Assembly (NCBI GenBank): GCA_963743915.1
Contig: CAVURN010000001.1
Coordinates: forward strand, 320,001-384,000
DNA length: 64,000 nucleotides
Source: an uncultured Actinomycetota bacterium
Lineage (GTDB): Bacteria > Actinomycetota > Actinomycetes > JAHEKZ01
Direction: 5' to 3'
Shown: positions 44,982 to 55,156 of the stretch, piece after piece
Numbering within the stretch: position 1 is the first letter of the stretch
Layout: each line of letters begins with the position of its first letter
The notes under the pieces: model-generated
Told to the model about the DNA's origin: nothing
The model's input: only the letters and a program-made list of their open reading frames with translations
Databases searched by the model: none
Translations under genes and position numbers: made by a program

Positions 44982-46439
44982 TCAGCCGGGGATGTCGCAG
45001 ATGTCGTCGGTCGCCTGACGGACACCCTCGGTGTCCCGGGGCTCCTTGACCACGACCGGCGTGACGCCGGGCCAGTCGTCACCCACCACCACCTCGACCA
45101 CCGTGCCGAGGCCCGCCCGCTTCACGCGGGTCGCTCCGGGTAGCGACGCGGCGACCGTCCGGGCTGCCTCCTGGCCGCTGACGTCGTAGCGGACGACGGA
45201 GGAGAGGAAGTCCTGCGACTCGGCGTCGCCGATCCCGACGACGACGTACCCCTGGGCCTCGAGCTCGGCGGCCGCCGAGGTGGCCACGCCGTCGACCCCC
45301 GTGCCGTTGAGGACCCGGACCGAGATCGACTCGGGGGCAGCGGTCAGCGGTTCTCCGTCGATCTCGGTGGGCTTCGGGGGATCGGGCGGGTAGGGATCGT
45401 CCTGGATGATCGCGTCCCACAGCGGGTCGGTCTTCTCGGTGTTCCACACCACCGTGTTGGGGTCGTTCGGGTTCACCACCCACGGGGTCGTCATGAAGGT
45501 GATGTCCTTGGGCGGGATGCCGCGTACCTCCTGCGCGAGCTCCCGGAGGCGGTTGAGGTTGGCCAGCTCCGGGTCCGTCGTCAGGGACTTGGTCGCGGCC
45601 TCGAGGAAGCGCACGAGCTTGATCGGGTTGAGCAGCGTGCCCGAGCTCCGTGCCTTCGTGATCAGGGACGAGATGAACGCCTGCTGGCGGTCGATCCGGT
45701 CGATGTCGCTTCCGGTGCCGATGGCCCGGACGCGGACGAAGGCCAGGGCCTGGTCGCCCGTGACGGTGCTGATGCCGGCCGGCAGGTTGAGGCCGCTCTT
45801 CGGCTCGACGACGTCGTACGGCAGGCAGACGTCGACCCCGCCGAGGGCGTCGACGATGTCGTTGAAGCCGGAGAAGTCGACGATCACGAAGTGGTCGATG
45901 AACACGCCGGTGTTCTGCTCGACGGTCTTGATCGTGCACCCTGGTCCGCCGGTGGAGAAGGCGGAGTTGAAGCGGTCGGTGTAGGGCGACGACATGCCGG
46001 TGTCGGTCTTGCAGGACGGGACGTCGACGATGGTGTCGCGAGGGATGCTGACGACCAGCGCGCTCTGCCGGTCGGCGGGCAGGTGCACCAGCAGCGTGGT
46101 GTCCGAGCGGGCCCCGATGTCCTGTCCGTACCCGCCACCCTGTCCGGTCCGGGTGTCCGAGCCCATCACCAGGATGTTGAGCGGCTCCTTCTCCTCCGGT
46201 TCGTGCGACGCCTGCTTGCTCGGACGGTCGGTTCCGAGGACGTCACTGGTCAACAGGTCCTTCTTGCCGATGTTCCCCTCGAACCGCTGGTAGAGGTAGA
46301 AGCCGGTGGCGGCACCCGCGACCAGCAGCAGGACGACGGTGACGGCGAGCCACTTGACGGTGCGCCGGATCCTCGGGTGGCCGTGCGGCGCCGGGTCGCT
46401 GGCGTCGGAGCCGCCCTCGGAGGGCGAGCGGTGGGACAT
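44982..46439 (-). CDS. LCP family glycopolymer transferase with LytR C-terminal domain
   Basis: NILVMGSDTR, RSDT, SIPRD, FVRVR, SDIDRIDRQQ, VRVLNGT. Confidence 0.93.
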   Translation of the reverse strand: MSHRSPSEGGSDASDPAPHGHPRIRRTVKWLAVTVVLLLVAGAATGFYLYQRFEGNIGKKDLLTSDVLGTDRPSKQASHEPEEKEPLNILVMGSDTRTGQGGGYGQDIGARSDTTLLVHLPADRQSALVVSIPRDTIVDVPSCKTDTGMSSPYTDRFNSAFSTGGPGCTIKTVEQNTGVFIDHFVIVDFSGFNDIVDALGGVDVCLPYDVVEPKSGLNLPAGISTVTGDQALAFVRVRAIGTGSDIDRIDRQQAFISSLITKARSSGTLLNPIKLVRFLEAATKSLTTDPELANLNRLRELAQEVRGIPPKDITFMTTPWVVNPNDPNTVVWNTEKTDPLWDAIIQDDPYPPDPPKPTEIDGEPLTAAPESISVRVLNGTGVDGVATSAAAELEAQGYVVVGIGDAESQDFLSSVVRYDVSGQEAARTVAASLPGATRVKRAGLGTVVEVVVGDDWPGVTPVVVKEPRDTEGVRQATDDICDIPG

Positions 46440-46481
46440 CGAGTTCCTTGGGGTGCGGAGAGCCGTCAGGATACGGACAGG

Positions 46482-47216
46482 TCAGGTCAGGGTCCGAACC
46501 GCCTCGGGGACGGGCACCCCGTCGGGGACGGGAGCTGTGACAGCCGTCACGTGCTCGGCATTCCAGTGTTCGACGCAGCGGAGGGCATCGGGGTTCCGCA
46601 CCCACACGACGCTGGCACCGACGGCGAGCGGTGCCAACCACTCGCGGACGACGGCGTCCAGGTCGGGGTCCGGCCCGAGTGCGGCGACCCGGTCGGTCGG
46701 TACCAGCCCGAGGGCGGACGCCTGCTGCTCGGCACGGCCCCCCCAGCCGCTCGACGGAACCTGCGGCCCGACCACCTGGTCGGGCATGGAGCGCGCCTCG
46801 ACCGTGAAGTCGTGGACGAGCACCGGCAGGGGGTCCAGGAACGGCGCTGCCATGGGGGCGAGGGAGCAGGCGATGACCTCGTCGGCATCCGGGAGCGCTG
46901 CGAGCCCGTCCGGACCCACGACCGCCACGTCGGACGACCCGCCGGACCGCCCGTCGACGATCTCCGCGCCCACCGCGTCCGCGGCGAGCACCCAGACGGC
47001 GAGCAGCCAGTGACGAGGCAGGTGGAGGGACACACGGGCACGCGGCCCCACTCCGCAGGTCTGGGTGAGGACGTTCACCGTCTTGGCCACCCAGTTGACG
47101 AGTGTGGTCGTGGAGAGCTCGACCCGCTCGCCCGTGGCGTCGTCGTAGAAGGTCAGACGCGGGCTCGCAGGATCGTCGGACAACGCGCGGCGCAGATGCT
47201 CTTGGCACGAGGTCAC
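46482..47216 (-). CDS. TIGR03089 family protein
   Basis: PRLTFYDDATGERVELS..TLVNWVAKT, LPRHW; adjacent to an LCP gene. Confidence 0.88.
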   Translation of the reverse strand: MTSCQEHLRRALSDDPASPRLTFYDDATGERVELSTTTLVNWVAKTVNVLTQTCGVGPRARVSLHLPRHWLLAVWVLAADAVGAEIVDGRSGGSSDVAVVGPDGLAALPDADEVIACSLAPMAAPFLDPLPVLVHDFTVEARSMPDQVVGPQVPSSGWGGRAEQQASALGLVPTDRVAALGPDPDLDAVVREWLAPLAVGASVVWVRNPDALRCVEHWNAEHVTAVTAPVPDGVPVPEAVRTLT

Positions 47217-47239
47217 GGCGTCTAGGGTAGGGACTCGTC

Positions 47240-47267
47240 TCCAGTCGGGCCCACGCCCGGCCGATGG
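47240..47267 (+). promoter_or_regulatory. Sigma28-type promoter of the amidase gene
   Basis: TCCAG-N15-GCCGATGG. Confidence 0.55.
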
Positions 47268-47342
47268 TGTGCGGGGGAGCACGTCCGGCGTGGGCGGGCT
47301 CCCTCACACGCTCACCGACTTCCCCCGGAGAGGTTCGTCGTC

Positions 47343-49988
47343 GTGTCCTTCCCGCGCTTCACCCGACCAACCGGTGCTCTTCTGGCCGTCGTCCTCGTCG
47401 TGCCCACGGCGGTGCTGGCCCCCACGGTGGTGGTGAGTCGGCCGACGCCGCACCCGGTCTCCCCCGACGTGCAGCAGCTGCGCCTGCGTGGCGTGGACGG
47501 GTCGGTCGCCGAGGCCAGGTCCTCGGCGCCGGCGGTCCTGACGCGAGCCTGGAAGTCGCTGCCAGGCGAGTCGGCGGCCACGGCTCGGCGCGCCGCCGAA
47601 CGCCCCCCCGTGGTCCTCAGCGAGCCGATGGCCACCGACGGGTACCGGATGCTCGGCGTCACGTGGCGTGGCGCCGCCCCCACCGCCACCGGTGCGGTCG
47701 TGGTGTCGGCACGGACCCGCACCGAGGGGCACTGGACCGACTGGTTCGCGCTGGACCCGATGGTGGACGCCGGTACCGAGGCGTCGCCGAACGGGCGCTT
47801 CGGCACCGTTCCCTACTGGGCCGGTGACTCCGACGGCATCCAGGTGCGGGTCGACGGGGTCGGCGACGCCCGACCGCGCGGGGTGCGCGTCGACCTCATC
47901 GAGCCCGGCACCTCCGACGCCGACGCCCTCGTCACCGACCCGTGGTCCGGGTCTGCGGCCATGGCGTCCACCAACCGCCCGCCGATCGTGACGCGCGCGG
48001 AGTGGGGGGCCAACGAGTCGCTCCGCGACAAGCGCCTGGAGAACAGCCCCACGGTCGAGGTGATGTTCGTGCACCACACCGCCGGCAGCAACAGCTACAC
48101 CAGGAGCGAGAGCCCGGCCGTGGTGCGAGGGCTGTACAGCTACTACGTGAACACGCTGGACTACGCCGACCTCGGCTACAACTTCCTGGTCGACAAGTAC
48201 GGGACGATCTACGAGGGGCGTGCCGGCAGCATCAGCAAGCCGGTGCGCTCGGCCGCGACCGGCGGCTTCAACACCAACACCATGGCGGTCGTGGCCATGG
48301 GCAACTTCATGACCGCCCCGGCGTCCGACGAGATGGTGCGCGCGATCGCGAAGATCCTGGCCTACCGGCTCTCGTCGTTCCACCGCGATCCGTTCGACCG
48401 GAAGGTGCTGCGGGCCGAGATCGGGTCGTCGCGGTACGACGCAGGCGAGCGCGCGAGGTTCCGGGTGGTCTCCGGTCATCGCGACGCCGGTTTCACCGCC
48501 TGCCCGGGGAACAACCTCTACCAGCAGCTGCCGACCATCAGGCGCCTCACCGCCAAGTACATGGGGTCGAGCCTGGTGGAGCCCTCCATCTCGGACCGCA
48601 ACGTTCCGCTCGGCTCCTCGGTCGACGTCCGTGCGCAGGTCATGCAGGAGCAGGGGTGGGCCCTGACGGTCCGCGACCTGTGCAGCGGTGAGGTGGTGCG
48701 CAGGGTCAAGGGTCGGGCGTCGCCGACGAGCCCCATCCGGGCCACCTGGGACGGGTCGACCGATGCGGGGTCCAAGGCTCCACCGGGGCGCTACCGACTC
48801 ACGCTCACGAGCAGCGGCGACGGCACCTCGGCCTGGCCCTGGGGGACGACCGTCCTCGTCGGTGCCGGTGGTCAGGCCGACCCACCGACCGTCGGCTCGC
48901 TGCCCAGCCCCGTGGGCGGGACCTACGTGCCGCTCCGTCCGCGCCCCCTGCTCTCCAGCACCGAAGGCGTCGGCATCCGGCGCCCCCTGCTGCTCGGCCC
49001 AGACCGCAGGCTCGACGTCCAGGTGCTCGGGCGGGCCGGGGTCCCGGCATCGGACGTCTCGGCCGTGGCGCTGTCGGTGCAGGCCAACTGTGCGAGCAGG
49101 GCGACGAGCATCTCGGTCGGCCCCGACTCGGTGCGGGGGACCGGCGCTCGCGTGCTCTCGCTGAAGCCGCACCGCGCGGTCCGGGGATTCACCCTGGTCC
49201 GGGTCGGTCCCTCCGGTGAGGTGACTTTCCGCAACCGGTCCGGCGCGGTCGCACTCGAGGCCGAGGTCGTCGGCTACGTCAGCACGTCAGGTGCGGGGGG
49301 TGCGCTCACTCCGCTTCGCCGTCAGGTTCTCGCCGCCGCAAGTCCGGTGTCGGTCAGTCCCACACCGGTCACTCTCGACGTCGCAGGGCAGGCGGGTGTT
49401 CCCGCCGACGCCCGCGCCGTGGTGCTCTCCGTGCGGCGCGGCGGCGCCTCCCCCGTCGAGGCGGTGTGGGCCTGGCCGAGCGGGTCGGACCGACCCGTCG
49501 CGCCGAGCTGGCGGCGAGCCAGCGGGTCCGGCTCGGTCGCGCAGGTGGTGGTGCCTCTCGGCGCCGACGGCAGGATGCGCGTCGCTGCCGACAGCGCCGG
49601 CGCCGTCTCCCTCGACGTCGCGGGGTACGTGGCAGCAGGCGACGACCGGGCCTTCCACCCGCTCGTCCCGCAGCGGCTCACCAAGGACGGCCTGCGGCTC
49701 GACCGGCGCGGGGCCACGACGGTGAGCGTCGCAGGCCGGGCTGGGGTGCCGAGATCCGCCACCTCGGTGGTCGTGGCGCTCTCCGGCTCCCGCAGCACCG
49801 GTCCGGCTCGGGTGCAGCTGTGGCCGCGGGGGGCGACGGCACCGAGCACGCCAGATCTCGTGGTTCCGCGCAAGGACTCGCGCGAGACGGTCTCGGTCGT
49901 GCGGCTGGGCAGGGGCGGCGACCTGCTGCTCAAGGCCCGGGACGCGCGGGTGCGCGCCGAGCTGCAGGTGCTCGGCTGGATCGGCTAG
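47343..49988 (+). CDS. Secreted N-acetylmuramoyl-L-alanine amidase (PGRP/Amidase_2) with FlgD-Ig-like domain and three C-terminal repeats
   Basis: Signal peptide; IVTRAEWGA, VHHTAG, DLGYNFLVD, IYEGR, SGHRD, TACPG; ATWDG...PPGRY; repeated V.G(R/Q)AGVP. Confidence 0.9.
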   Translation: MSFPRFTRPTGALLAVVLVVPTAVLAPTVVVSRPTPHPVSPDVQQLRLRGVDGSVAEARSSAPAVLTRAWKSLPGESAATARRAAERPPVVLSEPMATDGYRMLGVTWRGAAPTATGAVVVSARTRTEGHWTDWFALDPMVDAGTEASPNGRFGTVPYWAGDSDGIQVRVDGVGDARPRGVRVDLIEPGTSDADALVTDPWSGSAAMASTNRPPIVTRAEWGANESLRDKRLENSPTVEVMFVHHTAGSNSYTRSESPAVVRGLYSYYVNTLDYADLGYNFLVDKYGTIYEGRAGSISKPVRSAATGGFNTNTMAVVAMGNFMTAPASDEMVRAIAKILAYRLSSFHRDPFDRKVLRAEIGSSRYDAGERARFRVVSGHRDAGFTACPGNNLYQQLPTIRRLTAKYMGSSLVEPSISDRNVPLGSSVDVRAQVMQEQGWALTVRDLCSGEVVRRVKGRASPTSPIRATWDGSTDAGSKAPPGRYRLTLTSSGDGTSAWPWGTTVLVGAGGQADPPTVGSLPSPVGGTYVPLRPRPLLSSTEGVGIRRPLLLGPDRRLDVQVLGRAGVPASDVSAVALSVQANCASRATSISVGPDSVRGTGARVLSLKPHRAVRGFTLVRVGPSGEVTFRNRSGAVALEAEVVGYVSTSGAGGALTPLRRQVLAAASPVSVSPTPVTLDVAGQAGVPADARAVVLSVRRGGASPVEAVWAWPSGSDRPVAPSWRRASGSGSVAQVVVPLGADGRMRVAADSAGAVSLDVAGYVAAGDDRAFHPLVPQRLTKDGLRLDRRGATTVSVAGRAGVPRSATSVVVALSGSRSTGPARVQLWPRGATAPSTPDLVVPRKDSRETVSVVRLGRGGDLLLKARDARVRAELQVLGWIG

Positions 49989-50036
49989 CGCGAATCCGCC
50001 CGCGCAGCCGCAAACCCCCAGGTCAGGGGTGAGCGC

Positions 50037-50065
50037 CTAAGGTGCTCCCGGTCCGCTGCCGAGAC
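50037..50065 (+). promoter_or_regulatory. Sigma28-type promoter of the SpoIID gene, apparently leaderless
   Basis: CTAAG-N16-GCCGAGAC-N7-GTG. Confidence 0.55.
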
Positions 50066-50072
50066 CCCCTGT

Positions 50073-51656
50073 GTGACGGGTGTGACGCAGGGGACGCCGG
50101 GTGCCAGGACGCGCCGCGTCGCCCCGACCCTGATGACCGTGCTGGTGCTGGCGGCGCTGGTCGCCGGCCTGGTGGGCCTGGTGGTGCCCCAGCCGGCACG
50201 GGCCACGTCCGCCGCCGAGGTCTACCCGGTGCCCGGGAGCGGCACCTACGAGCTGTCCGGACTGGGATTCGGGCACGGCATCGGGATGTCCCAGTTCGGC
50301 GCCGAAGGCATGGGTCGGCTCGGCAAGTCGTACCGCCAGATCCTGAAGTTCTACTACCCGGGCACCCGGTTCGCCGAGGTGGACCGTTCCCGGAAGATCA
50401 GGGTGGGGCTGTCCGGCCTCATGCACAGCACACCGCAGGGAACGGCCGTCGTCGTGCAGCCGCGGGAGGGGCTCCGTGCCAGCCACGCCGGCGAGGAGAT
50501 CCTCCTGCCCGGCAAGGTCGGTGGCGAGAAGGTCAGGAGCTACCGGGTCGTGCGCCACGGCGACGACCTCGCCGTCTGGGCAGTGTCGTCGGCTGACCGC
50601 GTCAAGGTCGAAGGTCGCCTGGGCCGGACGGTGACCTGGAACACCGACCCCGCTCCCGGCCGGAGCCGCTTCACGGTGTCCCCGGCCTCGGGCGCCGACC
50701 GGACCTACCGGGGAGAGCTCGACGTCACGCTCGGCGCGTCGTCGGTCCTTGCCGTCAACCGGCTGCTCCTGCAGGACTACCTCCGGTCCGTGGTCTCCTC
50801 GGAGGTGCCCTCGTCCTGGACCGACGCGGCGCTGCGCGCACAGTCGGTGGCTGCGCGGAGCTATGCGCTGCTGGCGCAGGAGAACGCGCGCGCGGCGAAT
50901 CGCGCGTACGACATCTGCGACACGACCTACTGCCAGGTGTACTCGCCCGTCGCCGGTGAGACGTCACCCGAGGTGGCCGCGGTGAAGGCGACGGCCGGGA
51001 TCTACCTCAAGAGCGCAGGACAGCCGGTCTTCGCCATGTTCAGCTCGGCGAACGGCGGCTACTCCGTCTCGGGCAGTCGTGGCTACCTCGTCGCCCAACC
51101 GGATCCGTACGACGGGGTGGTCACCGGCTCCGCGAACTGGGGGCACAGCTGGACGACGTCGGTCACCGCCGGCGCGATCGAGCGCGCCTGGCCACAGATC
51201 GGCACGCTGCAGAAGCTGAAGGTGCTGGAGCGCGACGGCAACGGTGCCTGGGGTGGTCGGGTCGTCTCCGTCGGACTCGTCGGGAGCCGCAGCACCGTCT
51301 CGGTCTCCGCCGACAGCTTCCGGTGGGCGACCGGTCTGAAGAGCACCTGGTGGACGGTGACCAACGCTGACGGCTCCGCCGCGGCACCGGTGACGAACGT
51401 CCGCGTCAAGCCCGGGGACCGGTCCGCGCAGGTGCGCTGGCGCGCGCCGGCCACCGAGCGAAAAGTCCGTGGCTACCGGGTCACGGTGTCGGGCACCGGC
51501 GACTCGTACCGCGTCGACCGTGACACCCGTCGTGTCCGCGTCCGCGGGTTGACCAACGGCGAGGAGTACCGGGCTCGGGTTGCTCCCCTCTACCGCTCCG
51601 GTCCTGGCCCCAAGACCTCCTCGTCGGCGTTCGTCCCGACTTCGGACTACTCCTAG
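50073..51656 (+). CDS. SpoIID/LytB domain peptidoglycan hydrolase with fibronectin type III domain
   Basis: GFGHGIGMSQFGA, ILKFYYPGT, YLRSVVSSEVP, AQSVAARSY, CDTTYCQVY; C-terminal W.AP...GY.V...GLTNG.EY. Confidence 0.9.
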   Translation: MTGVTQGTPGARTRRVAPTLMTVLVLAALVAGLVGLVVPQPARATSAAEVYPVPGSGTYELSGLGFGHGIGMSQFGAEGMGRLGKSYRQILKFYYPGTRFAEVDRSRKIRVGLSGLMHSTPQGTAVVVQPREGLRASHAGEEILLPGKVGGEKVRSYRVVRHGDDLAVWAVSSADRVKVEGRLGRTVTWNTDPAPGRSRFTVSPASGADRTYRGELDVTLGASSVLAVNRLLLQDYLRSVVSSEVPSSWTDAALRAQSVAARSYALLAQENARAANRAYDICDTTYCQVYSPVAGETSPEVAAVKATAGIYLKSAGQPVFAMFSSANGGYSVSGSRGYLVAQPDPYDGVVTGSANWGHSWTTSVTAGAIERAWPQIGTLQKLKVLERDGNGAWGGRVVSVGLVGSRSTVSVSADSFRWATGLKSTWWTVTNADGSAAAPVTNVRVKPGDRSAQVRWRAPATERKVRGYRVTVSGTGDSYRVDRDTRRVRVRGLTNGEEYRARVAPLYRSGPGPKTSSSAFVPTSDYS

Positions 51657-51733
51657 TCCGCTTCTCGTGCCGCTGAGCTGCCTCGGCGACCCGGCTCAGC
51701 ATCACCGTCGGCGCCCTCACCTACGCTGACGTC

Positions 51734-52771
51734 GTGACCGACCGTGCGACCCTCGAGGCCATCCTGCTGGTCGGAGGCGAGGGCACGCGGCTGCGTCCGC
51801 TGACCCTCACCACCCCCAAGCCCTTGCTACCGGTCGCCGGTGTGCCGTTCCTGCTGCATCAGATCGCTGCGCTGCGCCGTGCCGGCGTGACGCACGTGGT
51901 GCTGGCCACGTCCTACCGCGCAGAGGTGTTCCACGGGACCCTCGGCGACGGCTCGTCCCTCGGCCTGTCGATCACGTACGTGCACGAGGACCACCCACTC
52001 GGCACCGGTGGAGCGATCCGCAACGCGTCGGTCGGCCTGCGGGGTGGTAGCGACGGTGCCGTCGTGGTGCTGAACGGCGACGTCCTGTCGGGTCACGACC
52101 TCGCGGGTCAGGTTGCCTTCCACCGACGAGTCGACGCCGACCTGACGCTGCATCTGGTCGAGGTCGACGACGCGCGGGCGTACGGATGCGTGCCCACCGA
52201 TGCGGACGGTCGGGTGACCGCCTTCCTGGAGAAGATGCCGGAGCCCGTGACGCGATGGATCAACGCCGGCGCCTACGTCTTCCGCCGCTCGGTGATCGAC
52301 GCGATTCCCGTCGACCAGGTGGTGTCGGTGGAGCGGGAGACCTTCCCGCAGCTCCTCGCCGAAGACCGTGACGTCCGTGCCTGGAAGCAGACGGCGTACT
52401 GGTGCGACGTGGGAACGCCCGAGGCCCTGATTCGCTGTTCGGCCGACGTCGTCGAGGGCGTCGCCCCGGGTGCCGTGCCGCCGTCCGTGCCTGCGCGGGT
52501 CGCCCCCGACGCCATTGTCGCGTCAGATGCGGTGATCGATGGCGGGTCGTCGGTCGCGTCCGGCGCGACTGTCGGTGCGAAGTGCGTCGTTCGACGCTCC
52601 ATCGTCATGCCGGACGCCCTCATCGGCGCCGGTGCCCGGGTCGAGGCCAGCGTCGTCGGCGCGCGTGCGGAGGTGGGGGCGGGGGCGGTGCTCGTCGACG
52701 TGGTGCTCGCCGACGGTGCCACGGTGACGCCCGACGCCCGACCCGCGCCCGGGTCGCGGCTGAGCGGGTGA
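51734..52771 (+). CDS. Mannose-1-phosphate guanylyltransferase / NDP-sugar synthase
   Basis: LVGGEGTRLRPLT..PKPLLP, PLGTGGA, LNGDV, FLEK, SVERETFP; hexapeptide-repeat tail. Confidence 0.88.
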   Translation: MTDRATLEAILLVGGEGTRLRPLTLTTPKPLLPVAGVPFLLHQIAALRRAGVTHVVLATSYRAEVFHGTLGDGSSLGLSITYVHEDHPLGTGGAIRNASVGLRGGSDGAVVVLNGDVLSGHDLAGQVAFHRRVDADLTLHLVEVDDARAYGCVPTDADGRVTAFLEKMPEPVTRWINAGAYVFRRSVIDAIPVDQVVSVERETFPQLLAEDRDVRAWKQTAYWCDVGTPEALIRCSADVVEGVAPGAVPPSVPARVAPDAIVASDAVIDGGSSVASGATVGAKCVVRRSIVMPDALIGAGARVEASVVGARAEVGAGAVLVDVVLADGATVTPDARPAPGSRLSG

Positions 52772-52775
52772 AGGC

Positions 52776-53747
52776 GTGGCCGTGACGTCGTCGAACTCCG
52801 GCGCTCCGCTGGTGACGAAGCGCGCCTCGGCCGAGCGTGAGTGGCGCAGCCCTCGTCCGGTCGACCTGCGCTCGGTCATGGCGCCCTTGCGACGCGGCGG
52901 ACGCGACCCCGCCCTTCGCATCACGACGGACGGCGTCTGGTGGGCCACCTCGACCCCCGACGGCCCCGGGACGCTGCTGCTGCGCACCAGGGCCGTCGAC
53001 GGCGCCGTGCGGGCGAGTGCCTGGGGATCGGGTGCGCGGTGGCTGCTCGACGGCCTCCCGATCCTGCTGGGGGAAGGGGACGACCAGGCGGGCTTCGTTC
53101 CGACGCATCCCGTGGTGGCCAAGGCGTGGGCCCGGTTCAAGGGATGGCGCCTGCTGCGGACACGACGCCCCTTCGACGCCGCCGTCGCCGCGGTCATCGA
53201 GCAGAAGGTGACCGGTCTCGAGGCCCGCACCGCCTGGCGCGTCCTGCTCCGGCGTTTCGGCGAGCCGGCCCCGGGCACCGCAGACGGTGCAGACGTCCCG
53301 CCCGATATCCGGGTTCCGCCGTCGCCGGCGGTCTGGCGCGAGATCCCCGACTGGGAGCTTCGCGCCGCGGGAGTGACACCGCAGCGCATCCGCACCCTCC
53401 GCGTCGTCGCGGCGGCGTCCGCTGCCATCGAACGCACCGCGGACGCGTCCGGCGCCAGTGCTGACTCCGTGCTTCGGGCCCTGCCCGGCGTCGGGGCCTG
53501 GACCTCTGCCGAGGTGCGGCAACGCGCGCACGGCGACGCCGACGCGGTCTCCTTCGGCGACTTCCATGTCGCCCGGGACGTCTGCTGGTGGCTGACCGGA
53601 ACGCTCGGTGACGACGAGCAGATGCGCAGCCTTCTGCAGCCCTATGCCGGACACCGCTACCGGGTGCAGCGACTGATGGAGCTGTCCGGTGCCGGCGCTC
53701 CGCGCCGTGGACCTCGGTTCGCACCGCCGCAGCATCGACGCTGGTGA
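52776..53747 (+). CDS. DNA-3-methyladenine glycosylase II (AlkA/HhH-GPD) family protein
   Basis: IEQKVTG.EA, LPGVGAWT (HhH), GDADAVSFGDFH. Confidence 0.85.
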   Translation: MAVTSSNSGAPLVTKRASAEREWRSPRPVDLRSVMAPLRRGGRDPALRITTDGVWWATSTPDGPGTLLLRTRAVDGAVRASAWGSGARWLLDGLPILLGEGDDQAGFVPTHPVVAKAWARFKGWRLLRTRRPFDAAVAAVIEQKVTGLEARTAWRVLLRRFGEPAPGTADGADVPPDIRVPPSPAVWREIPDWELRAAGVTPQRIRTLRVVAAASAAIERTADASGASADSVLRALPGVGAWTSAEVRQRAHGDADAVSFGDFHVARDVCWWLTGTLGDDEQMRSLLQPYAGHRYRVQRLMELSGAGAPRRGPRFAPPQHRRW

Positions 53748-53767
53748 CGTCGTCGCGCCGACAGCTG

Positions 53768-55045
53768 TCAGGGGGGTGCCAGGGGCCAGTGCGGCGTTGC
53801 CGGCCCCGTGGTCCCGAGCTCCCCTTGGGGCGAACGAAAGGTCACCGCGCCGTCGGCACCGGATGGGCCGACCGTGATCTGCCACGCATCGTCATGAGCT
53901 GCTCGGTGGTGAAAGCCGCAGAGCAGGAGTCCGTTGGCAAGGTCGGTGTGGCCGCCCGCATGCCAGGGATGGATGTGGTGCGCATGGGTCCAGGGAGCTC
54001 GGCATCCAGGAAAGCGACATCCGCGATCTCGGGCCCAGAGCGCTTTCCGCTGAGTGGGTGTGAACAGCCGCTGGGTGCGTCCCACGTCCAGAACGCGGCC
54101 GCTGCGTTCCTGGACGACGGTCACGACGGCTGAGTCGCAGAGGATGCGCGTGAAGGCAGGGTCCGGCAGGGGTGTGCCGTCGGGCAGCAGCGCAGGACGC
54201 CACGACGACACTGCGTCGGGACCGGACTGGGGGGCGTCGTGAATCGGCACGAACGACTCGGGAGTGCAGCTGACGAGGATCTGGGGTCGCAGGCCGCCGG
54301 AGACAGGCAGTCCCGGCTGCTGTGCCGACCGTTGCACTGCATCGATCAGCGCGTCGTAGCGTCGCTGTGCCGGCGTACGTGAGTCGTCCGAGGACACGGG
54401 CCCGCCGGTGGCGTCGAGAACGGCCTGCAGCAGCGCCCCGCCTTCCGCCTCGGCGAGGACCTCGAGCCGGTACATGCCATCGAGCAGGGGAGTGAGCGAT
54501 GCTCGCCGGGCGGTGAGCTGGCGTTCGAAGTCACCGCGGCCGCGGTCGGGGTCGAGCACGTAGCGAAGGTGCCGGGCGGCTTGCCGCAGTCTGCGGGCAT
54601 CCACCTGAGGAGCGAGGTCGAGCAGGAGCTCGACAGCCTGCTCGTGCAGGTGAGCCGGGATGTCACGCAGACTCGCGCTGATGATGCGGACCTGGTCGTA
54701 GCCGATGGATCCATTGGCAGCGGCCTCGGCCACCGGCTGCAGCGGCGCGTCGGCGTGGTACGTGGCGCGTGCTGTCCCGACGTGCCCGCCGGCGTCTGCT
54801 CCCGTCATGTTCAGCAGGTGACGGAGCCAGGCTGTCGTCGATCGAGCACCGTCGAGGACCTGTGCGTCTCCGCACGCGTCCGAAGCGGCCACCGTCGCGT
54901 CGAAAGCGACCTCGAGTGCGGTGACCGCCTGGCGAAGTGAGCGGAGACGGTCACGACGCTCGGCGGCGCTGAGCGATCGGGGATCGACCGCCCGCACACC
55001 CGAGACGGCGGCGTCGAGCGCCGAGATGTCGGGGGTGGGCTGCAC
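53768..55045 (-). CDS. DUF222 (REP13E12-like) protein with C-terminal HNH endonuclease
   Basis: DSRTPAQRRYDAL, LDVGRTQRLFT, RDRGCRFPGC...HHIHPW..GGHTDLANGLLLCGFHH; GGAGG RBS. Confidence 0.9.
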   Translation of the reverse strand: MQPTPDISALDAAVSGVRAVDPRSLSAAERRDRLRSLRQAVTALEVAFDATVAASDACGDAQVLDGARSTTAWLRHLLNMTGADAGGHVGTARATYHADAPLQPVAEAAANGSIGYDQVRIISASLRDIPAHLHEQAVELLLDLAPQVDARRLRQAARHLRYVLDPDRGRGDFERQLTARRASLTPLLDGMYRLEVLAEAEGGALLQAVLDATGGPVSSDDSRTPAQRRYDALIDAVQRSAQQPGLPVSGGLRPQILVSCTPESFVPIHDAPQSGPDAVSSWRPALLPDGTPLPDPAFTRILCDSAVVTVVQERSGRVLDVGRTQRLFTPTQRKALWARDRGCRFPGCRAPWTHAHHIHPWHAGGHTDLANGLLLCGFHHRAAHDDAWQITVGPSGADGAVTFRSPQGELGTTGPATPHWPLAPP

Positions 55046-55156
55046 GGAGACCTCCGTCAGAGCGGGCTTGCACTGGGCTGCCCCTGACTGGGGTTTTCGC
55101 CGTGTCGCCCTTGCTCCGTCTGTGCGGTCGGAGCTCGTTTCATCGATCTGGGCCCC

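Noticed and set aside
50071-50090. TGTGACG direct repeat as an MtrA/GlnR box
   Set aside because: 9-bp period rather than 11, and it overlaps the coding start
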